A DNA stretch of 62,030 bases, counting the filler, from Pirum gemmata (taxonomy: Eukaryota): the NCBI GenBank assembly GCA_002812295.1. It is 14 parts of 14 records of this genome, joined end to end, with 100 filler letters (N's around TTAATTAATTAA, not from the genome) between each part and the next. Parts side by side here need not be neighbours in the genome. Positions count along the whole stretch, not along the records: positions 53,735 to 57,835 come from PDIN01001506.1; positions 57,936 to 62,030 come from PDIN01001507.1; 12 more parts are not named here. One strand, written 5' to 3'. The translations under genes and the position numbers were made by a program. The notes under the pieces are model-generated. The model did no database searches, was not told the origin of the DNA, and saw nothing but the letters and a program-made list of their open reading frames with translations. Each line of letters opens with the position of its first letter. Within the stretch, counting starts at the first letter, position 1. Positions 53,635 to 62,030 of this stretch are shown one piece after another.

Positions 53635-55554
53635 NNNNNNNNNNNNNNNNNNNNNNNNNNNNNNNNNNNNNNNNNNNNTTAATTAATTAANNNNNNNNNN
53701 NNNNNNNNNNNNNNNNNNNNNNNNNNNNNNNNNNAGAACTTTCTAAAAAATAATACAATTTTTTTTTTTTTTTTTTTACTATCATAGACCCTATGACCCT
53801 CTAGTAGTCATTTTTTTTAACATTTCTCCAATCAGTTGATTCAGTTCGAACTTCTTTTATTTTTTCTTCTAGTTAATTGGCTAATAAATCAGAATCTGAT
53901 TCTGAAATCTAGGACTGTCCATAATGTCCTCCCACTCCTTCCTGTCTAGGACTCGAGTAAGCTGCTTGCTGGTTAGAGTTAGGTTAGCTTGCTAGCTAGG
54001 TTGAACTTAGGTTGAACTTACTGTGACAAAAGTGCGAACTCTTTTAGTCTATTGGGTAGAGAAAAGAAAAAAGAAAAAGGAATCCCACATATATAGTATA
54101 ATAACCAGCAAAAACAAATCATTCACATAAACATTTGCGTGCATGTTTTTTTTTTTTTAAAAAACCAGTTCTCGATTCGATTCGATTCATACATAGTTCC
54201 CGTACTTGTAGAATGAAGTCCTCCTTCCAGAACAGACATTATATAAACTTATAGCGTAAAAACTGCTAACAGTCCTAACAGCACTACACATTCCAGCTGC
54301 ACATTCTGACATTTGTAAAACCTAAGAGTCTTATGCCATATTTTTTTAACTAACGTATAATGGAACTAGATTTGGGTCTTTCGGAACTTTTTATACTTTA
54401 TATATATATGAAATTATATTTTTAAGAATGTAAAAAGCCTTTTGGGTAGATATTATTGATTGGATATATTTGGGTATTATAGTGTATTATTCTACTAGTA
54501 GAATTCTACTTTTTTAAAATAATGCTCAAAATAAAGTGTGATCTTATTTTTATTTATTTATTTATTATTATTATTATTCTCTAACCCCAAAACTCGAAAA
54601 AAAAAAACGAAGAAATTCATCTCTGTTTGAAATTTTTTTTTACATTTTTTTTCGGTTTTTTAAATAAATAAATAAATATACTCGAATTCTCAAAATGTTC
54701 AATCTTATACATAGGCTCGAAAACTCGTTTAGCCAGGTGTGTCATATCTCTTGGCTACTGTTTCTAATCCCTTTCACTTCTTTTCAAAAAAACTACATCA
54801 CTTATTATTTTTTTATTTAATCTAAGATCTTGTTATAGGTTTCTGTGAAAATGAAATTTTTTATCTTTGATTATCAAATTTTTTGCAGCTATAAGCCTAT
54901 AACACATATTATGATTGCATACCACATTATGTAGGTTAACAGAACTGTTAACAGATTGTTATGATAACATTATATTTTTTAAAAAAATAAAAAAGATTAA
55001 AAGTTCCCTACCCTTTACACAGTTACACTCACCCTACCAATCCTAATTATAGCGTTTACTTATTTTTTGTTTTTTTACCAAGACATCCCACAGTATGGTA
55101 TCACCGTTTAAAATTCATTCACAATATTACCATAAAGTAATAATGCAATAAGTTAGGGTTAGGATAAAGGACTGTTAGGATTAAGGTTAAGGTTAGGGTT
55201 AATTAAGGATGGGGACTGTTAATTAAAGTTAGGGTTAAGGAATGTTTTAAAAGGGTCTGGGTTAAGGGTTAAGGGTCTGGGTTAGGGACAGGGCGTTTCA
55301 AGGCCAGGGTTACTATTAGTACATGGATTAATAGGGTTATCGTTAAAGGTTAAGGTTATAATTAGCGATATATAGGTTAAGGTTAATTAAGGTCCCTCTG
55401 TTAAGGACTATTAATTAAAGTTTAAAAAATTAAGGTTTGCTATAGGGAGGTAAGGGGGTTACAGGGCTGACTAGGATTAAGAGGTTAAATAAAACTTTAA
55501 ATAGACAAGTTAGGGAGAGGGAGGAACAGTTTCCTACTTTCCTTAGTTTCCTAC

Positions 55555-55596
<42 letters not shown>

Positions 55597-55843
55597 AAAA
55601 AAAAAAAAAAAAAAAAAAAAAAACAAAAAATAAAAACAAAAACAAACCAACTACCAAACCAACAAAACCAACAAAAGAAAAAAAGGAATTGGTAAAAAAA
55701 GATTGTTGTGATTTATTGTTTACCATTATTTTATCATATAAATAAAATTAAAATTATCATTATTAGAAAATCATTAAAACATATAATGTTTTAACATTGT
55801 CTCATCCCAGAGTTTTTATTTTATTTTTGACCTTTCTATAAAA

Positions 55844-57505
55844 ATGCAATATAAGTCGAAACTGGGTCCTACACAAATCGAGGGCAATGCATGTAAAAAT
55901 CAACAATCCCAACCATCACGACCACCATCACAACCATCATCATCATCATCACCACCACCACCATCACCACATCAATATGCAAATTCACAATCTTCACAAG
56001 TGGTACTAGCACCGGCGATGCACCAGGAAAAAAATTATTCAGCAAACAATGAAAGAGTAGATACTAATACCAACTCGTACTATGTGGCAAATACAAATTT
56101 CAACGAGCAATATCCAAAACAACATCGACCTTATCATACTACAGAATACACAGAACAGCCAAAACAACACCAACAACCACATCAACAACCACATCGACAA
56201 CCACATCAACAACCACATCAACAACCACATCAACAACCACATCAACAACCACATCAACAGCCACACCAACAACCACACCCACAGCCACAACCACACCCAC
56301 ACCCACACCCACACCCACAACCACACCCACAACATCATTCACAACAACATCATTCACAACAACATCATTCACAACAACATCATTCACAACAATATCATTC
56401 AGAACAACAACAACAACAACAACAGCAACAGCAACAGCAACAACAGCAGCAACAACAACATTATTATTATGATCATCAACATTATGGAAATCAACATCAA
56501 CAACATCAACAACTACAACAACCGAAATCACCACAACTAATTCAAAAGTCATATCATTATCAACAATATACTTCACAACACCATCATTACCAACAGCATT
56601 ATAATACAGAACCACCACCACATGCTCATTACGATCACAGAGGCCAACAATATTATCCACGTGTTCCACCACAACAGCAGCCACAAGAAACACATCAACA
56701 ACCTTATGCACAATATAAAACGGACGATAGGGATCCAAGACAACTAGATACAAAGCCACCATTATCTTATAATTCCCACCATAATTATCCACAAGCCTAC
56801 CAACAAGCTACACAATCACAATCACAATCACAAGAACAATTACAACCCCACCAACCCCAACCCCAACCCCAACCCCGATTCCATTCACGTTCACATTCCC
56901 CACAACCACAACCACTTCCACAGCCGCAAACACATTCATTAACCCCCCATTCTCCAACCCCACCAGAACAGTCGACGTCTTTACAAAGATCCGCAAGTTA
57001 TACACCATCTATTAAAAGATCTCACAGTTATAGTCCTGTAACCACCTTGAGAAATGTTGTTAACAGTAGTAAAAAAAATACTACCAAACCTTACAAATTT
57101 GAGTTCAGTGATTATAATAACACAGTAGCCGCAACGAAAACAAAGAATACTAACAATCCTCAAAGTGAATTAAACTCTTTATATAACAGAAGAAAAATTC
57201 TCAGTGAATCATCATTAAATAACAAATACACACAAGCAGATGCCCGTTCGGAAGCAATATCTATTAACATCGATGTTGAAAAATTGATCCAAGAAGATAA
57301 AAAATTTCAATTAGAAGAAAAAAGTAAAAAGGAAAACCGACATTGTTCCAACTGCAAAGTAACCGAAAGTGGAATGTGGCGTCAGGGTAGAGTAACGGGG
57401 TTGACGTTATGCAATGCCTGTGGGCTCTATGAAAATTCTCATTCTGGTTGTCAACGACCTTTAAAATTACTTAATCGTAAAAAACAGTATCGAAAAAGAA
57501 ATTAA
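55844..57505 (+). CDS. GATA zinc-finger transcription factor (C-X2-C-X18-C-X2-C), Q/H/P-rich, 553 aa
   Basis: Uninterrupted ORF; C-terminal CSNCKVTESGMWRQGRVTGLTLCNACGLYENSHSGCQRPLKL followed by a basic tail. Confidence 0.93.
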   Translation: MQYKSKLGPTQIEGNACKNQQSQPSRPPSQPSSSSSPPPPSPHQYANSQSSQVVLAPAMHQEKNYSANNERVDTNTNSYYVANTNFNEQYPKQHRPYHTTEYTEQPKQHQQPHQQPHRQPHQQPHQQPHQQPHQQPHQQPHQQPHPQPQPHPHPHPHPQPHPQHHSQQHHSQQHHSQQHHSQQYHSEQQQQQQQQQQQQQQQQQQHYYYDHQHYGNQHQQHQQLQQPKSPQLIQKSYHYQQYTSQHHHYQQHYNTEPPPHAHYDHRGQQYYPRVPPQQQPQETHQQPYAQYKTDDRDPRQLDTKPPLSYNSHHNYPQAYQQATQSQSQSQEQLQPHQPQPQPQPRFHSRSHSPQPQPLPQPQTHSLTPHSPTPPEQSTSLQRSASYTPSIKRSHSYSPVTTLRNVVNSSKKNTTKPYKFEFSDYNNTVAATKTKNTNNPQSELNSLYNRRKILSESSLNNKYTQADARSEAISINIDVEKLIQEDKKFQLEEKSKKENRHCSNCKVTESGMWRQGRVTGLTLCNACGLYENSHSGCQRPLKLLNRKKQYRKRN

Positions 57506-57935
57506 CAATAATTGTATTGCGCTAAAATGTAATGAATAATAATAATAACAATAGTATTTATAATAATAACAATAACAACAATATCAATAATAATAATAAT
57601 AATAATAATGAAAACAACAACAACAATAACAACAACTACAACAACAACAATAACAATAACAATAACAACAACAGCAATAACAACAACTAAAACGAAACAT
57701 TACGAATCATGGACACTTGTTCAAGTTGAATAGTGATATATTGTAATCTATCGTTCCTCTCACTAGACCAACGAGAAGATTGTTCGTTCGGCTGATTAGA
57801 CTAAAAATGAAAATATTATTATTATTATTATTATTNNNNNNNNNNNNNNNNNNNNNNNNNNNNNNNNNNNNNNNNNNNNTTAATTAATTAANNNNNNNNN
57901 NNNNNNNNNNNNNNNNNNNNNNNNNNNNNNNNNNN

Positions 57936-57970
<35 letters not shown>

Positions 57971-57977
57971 CTAGACA

Positions 57978-58634
57978 ATGAAATCTTACGCAATTGCCTG
58001 TGCTTTTGCAGTTGCTGGGTTTAGTACTCCTGCAAATGTTAACAGCTTCCCACTACTACCACCACCATCACCACCACCACCACCATGTTTTGTACCATGG
58101 TATGGGTATGGTCCATGGTTTGGTCCTCCTCCTCCTCCCTGTGGTGGTATGATGGGTGGAGGTGGTCAACCCAACGGTGGTGGGCAACCCAACGGTGGTG
58201 GGCAACCTACTGGTGGCAGGCCTACTGGTGGCAGGCCTACTGGTGGCATGCCCAACGGTCAACCAAACAGCGGTAGACAACCTACTGGTGGCATGCCTAC
58301 AGGTGGCATGCCTACTGGTGGCAGGCCCAGCGGTGGTATGCCTACTACTGGTCGTCAACCTAACGGTGGCCAACCCAGAAGTGGCATGCCTAACGGCAAC
58401 CCTAATGGAGGTCAATCTAGTAATGGATTACAAGCCGTATACATAAAAATTAATACCCCACCAACGAAACCAACGCCACCAACGCCACCAACGCCACCAA
58501 CCCCAACAACCCCAACAACGCCATCAACGCCATCAACGCCACCAATCCCACCTCTCGATCCTGATCCAAACCCTGTCCGTGATCGAATACTAGCTGAAGA
58601 AAAAGCTGCAAAAATGAATATCCCAACCAACTAG
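57978..58634 (+). CDS. Secreted Pro/Gly-rich repeat protein (structural, cell-wall or adhesive candidate), 218 aa
   Basis: Signal peptide MKSYAIACAFAVAGFSTPA; poly-Pro, GG(Q/R/M)P(N/T) repeats and a (PT/PS)n stalk. Confidence 0.85.
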   Translation: MKSYAIACAFAVAGFSTPANVNSFPLLPPPSPPPPPCFVPWYGYGPWFGPPPPPCGGMMGGGGQPNGGGQPNGGGQPTGGRPTGGRPTGGMPNGQPNSGRQPTGGMPTGGMPTGGRPSGGMPTTGRQPNGGQPRSGMPNGNPNGGQSSNGLQAVYIKINTPPTKPTPPTPPTPPTPTTPTTPSTPSTPPIPPLDPDPNPVRDRILAEEKAAKMNIPTN

Positions 58635-59926
58635 TACCAGCCAGCCAACGTTACCAACCAAAATAAAAACTAGAGCCAAAATAATACGTATAATAAATCG
58701 AAGAGCAAAAAATAATTTATTTTTTATAATGAAAACGAAGAAATGTGTGCCCTTACGTGTCCTCAATTCAATTTTGTTTTTATTTTTTTGTTGCGATTTA
58801 ATAATGAGTTAATAATGAGTATGGATACTCTAGTTTTAATTAAATATGATGAATATATATATAATTATAATCGAAACTCAGACTCAATATTAATATTATT
58901 CATGTTATTGTTTACCATTTTCATTATTTATAAAAAGATATCGATGGCTCTAATTTATATGATTATGAACACAACTGCGATAACATATATCATTTAGAAT
59001 TGAATGAAAGAATAAATAAAAACAATATTAAATAAATAAAATAAAAACAAATAAAAATAAATAAATGAAATAAATTAATAAATAAAATAATTATTTATAA
59101 AATAAAATAAAATAAAAGAGATAAAATAAAAGAAACAAAATAACATTAATATTCGGATATAAAAATTCTCCTAAATTGTAATAATGAATTATCGGTGCAT
59201 ACAACCCACTGTAACAAATAATAAATAAAATATAATAAACATGATATATAAACAGTTTTACATTACCACAAATAAGTAATATATAACATAAAAAATGAAA
59301 AAATAAAAAAAAAAACAAAATAAAATAAAATTAAGTACAAAAAATAAAAATAATAAAAAAAATCAAGCACTATCCAATAAGTTAATTAATTAGAAAGTAA
59401 AAGTAGAAAAAAAAATTTACAATAACTGAACCTTCACACATTCCGAGCAATATTGCTAGTTTTATTGTATCATAAGTATCATACTCCATAGATTAAGGAT
59501 ACCAAAATTTCAAGATTTCCTAAATAATTAAATATTATGCAGTCTTAAGAGGCATAATAAAACCCAGATAGCAATTACAATCAAACTAAAAAGATTGCCT
59601 TTACTCTTGGATTATGTAAACTATACAGTTACTAAGACACTTTACATACTGTTGTATTGCAAAGCTAAATTAATAAACCACTTCTGACTATTATCTGTAA
59701 GCTTATTTAACTAACTAAAAGGTTGTCACAACCCAGTCATATTTATTTCCCATTATGTCCCTGTCATAGTTATTCCACTTCAATAATAACTTTCTCGATA
59801 ACATTAATTTCAACACATAAATACAAAGAGTGCTACAATGTAAAAGCTTTTCCCATTTGCTTTTGTTACATTATTTTGCATTTTAATTTTACGCTGTGTC
59901 TGCTACTATTACTTTACATTGAAGTT

Positions 59927-60361
59927 TTATGCTGTGGCTGCTACTATAGTGGACGAAGAGGGAGAACTAGCTTTTTCGTCTTTCTTCTCATCCGGATTCT
60001 CACTAGTTTCAGTTTTTTCGCCATCCTTATTTTCTGCATCAGCTTCACCTTTTCTTTTTCTACTTTGCTTCTTACGATGAAACAATCGCAATGGTCTTTG
60101 TTTTCCAGAGTGTGAGTTCTCATACAATCCACAAGCGTTACATAAGGTATTTCCACTAAACTTGCCAATGCGCCACATATTACTTTCGGTTGTTTCACAG
60201 TTTTCACAATTTTTTTCTTCTTCGGGTTCTTCAAAATAGGGATATCCAACTTGCTGGCCAAATTGTTGGTGTTGGTGTTGGTGTTGGTGTTGGTGTTGTT
60301 GCTGCTGTTGCTGTTGCTGTTGTTGTTGTTGTTGTTGGTGTTGGTGTTGGTAATACATACG

Positions 60362-60411
<50 letters not shown>

Positions 60412-61816
60412 GCTGCTGTTGCTGTTGTTGTTGATGCAAACGTAATTGTTGCTGCTGCTGCTGATAGACTGGGTTTGGTGAATAAAATTGTTGTTGCTGT
60501 TGTCTCTGTAGTTGCTGTTGTTGAGTTAAACGGTTGTGATTATCCTGCATGGTAAGAAGATTATTGAACATCTGTGGCAAGTCCCCTACAAAACCCTGGC
60601 CAGGCTCTAGAGTAGAAATCATGGGTGATGATAATGGAGAATTGATATGTTGTTGTGGGTTTAACTGAGGAATTAAAGGAGAGGATAAAGGTGACTGGCT
60701 AGATAGACCACCAGGCTCCAGCATGGATGTCATTGGGGATGAGTGTATTGATGAGGGATTTAATTTAGACATTTTGGGTGATGCATGAATATTGACATCT
60801 GAAGCATCAACGGAGGTGGTAAACAAAGTATGCATATCATTGGTGTTATTACTTGATGTACCACCAAGTTGAATGGCAGAGTAATGAATCATACCATTAG
60901 CATTCAAAGATTGTTTAACCATTTCAGCGTGTTTGTTGAAATTAGAACCACTGAATGAGGGTTCTGCAGGTTCCATTTTCGTTATCATTGGTGACTGATG
61001 AGGTGATAGTTGTGAGATCATAGGAGAAGAGGGTGTCAATTTTTTCAAAAAAGGAGATGGTTGCGGTTCTAACTGTGATATCAATGGCGAAGCATGAGGG
61101 GTTAATTGTGAAATAATAGGAGAGGCATACGGTATGTGGGGCGACGATGGTTGCAATTTGGAAATAGCAGGCGAAGACAGAGGAGATTTTACTGGCAAAC
61201 GTGGTGATGGGGGGGTATTATCAAAATTTGAAGAGGACGAGGCTGAGAAATTCGACCTACTGGGTAACCCATAATTGCCAAGAAGTTGGTTCGATCCAGA
61301 ATTCTTCATCCTGGATGGTTTAGAAACTGACCTACCCGGAAGGGCATTATTTTGAGAAGTATTACTATTTACAAAGCCGAGGTTGTTTATATTTTGAGTA
61401 GTAAAACTAGAAGAAGGAGCTGGAGTGGGAGTTGTAGCCGGAATGTCATCACATATTGAATCAGTTAGAGAATCAAAGTCAAAATCTTTATTCTGATTCA
61501 TTGAATTTAGAACTTGGTTTGTATTATTTTGATTATAATAATTACCATTAATGTTGTTATTGTTGCTGTTATTATTATTATTATTATTATTGTTGTTGTT
61601 GTTGTAAACTGTGCCACCATTGTTAAACCTTATATTATTTTGATTGTTACTGTTACTGTTACTGTTACTGTTACTGTTACTGTTACTGTTACTGTTACTG
61701 TTATTATTATTATTATACAAACCAAAGTTAAAATTCACATCCCCACTATTGGAATTGGCAAAACTTTGATCCATGCCAGCTACTCCTTTTTCCTGTCCAT
61801 ACCTATCAGTAAACAT
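59927..61816 (-). CDS. GATA zinc-finger transcription factor (C-X2-C-X18-C-X2-C), N/S/P/Q-rich, 629 aa
   Basis: Long ORF with CENCETTESNMWRIGKFSGNTLCNACGLYENSHSGKQRPLRL near the C-terminus. An AG at 61823-61822 suggests an upstream intron, so the true start may lie further 5'. Confidence 0.93.
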
Positions 61817-61986
61817 GGTACCTGATAAACATTCAAAGTATCGTTGAAAAAACAGACAAGAAAAAAGAAAGATATCACTACAAATATTATATATCTATTT
61901 ACCCTAACCCTAACTAACCCTAACCCCTAATATGTATATATTATACGGGTGTGGAAATCCAAATAATAAAAATAATAATAAGAACA

Positions 61987-62024
<38 letters not shown>

Positions 62025-62030
62025 CAATAA

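Noticed and set aside
55844..61816. Apparent convergent cluster of two GATA genes around a secreted-protein gene
   Set aside because: A linker at 57836-57935 separates them; physical linkage is not shown.

Overview
This window is not one locus. It is 14 short (about 4-6 kb) contigs of an AT-rich, intron-rich eukaryote, joined by 13 artificial 100-bp linkers (44 N + TTAATTAATTAA + 44 N), so adjacency across linkers has no biological meaning. TTAGGG repeats, GT-AG introns stuffed with microsatellites and a FAK-like FAT domain suggest a unicellular opisthokont/holozoan such as an ichthyosporean (inference only). Genes or gene fragments I could splice by eye: a 3-exon secreted Cys-rich protein, the last exon of an NAD-dependent sugar epimerase, the ZGRF1/Mte1-type DUF2439 N-terminus, two or three secreted or extracellular unknowns, a FEX fluoride exporter, an intron-containing RsuA/RluB-family pseudouridine synthase, a FAT four-helix-bundle C-terminus, an 8-exon Pro/Gly/RGG-rich protein, two paralogous C-X18-C GATA factors and a secreted Gly/Pro-repeat protein. 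Non-coding DNA is dominated by at least six MITE/DNA-transposon families (several with readable TSDs), a Ty1/copia RT relic, a pogo relic, a tRNA-derived element, local tandem duplications and about 20 interstitial telomeric arrays. Best leads: (1) a roughly 580-nt GC-richer, highly base-paired minus-strand ncRNA candidate containing a 34-bp pri-miRNA-like hairpin (14250-14830); (2) telomeric arrays and CTAG-rich filler DNA sitting at breakpoints of truncated transposons; (3) repeated downstream 'echo' duplications of terminal exons in four genes. All family assignments are from motif recognition by eye; no search was run.
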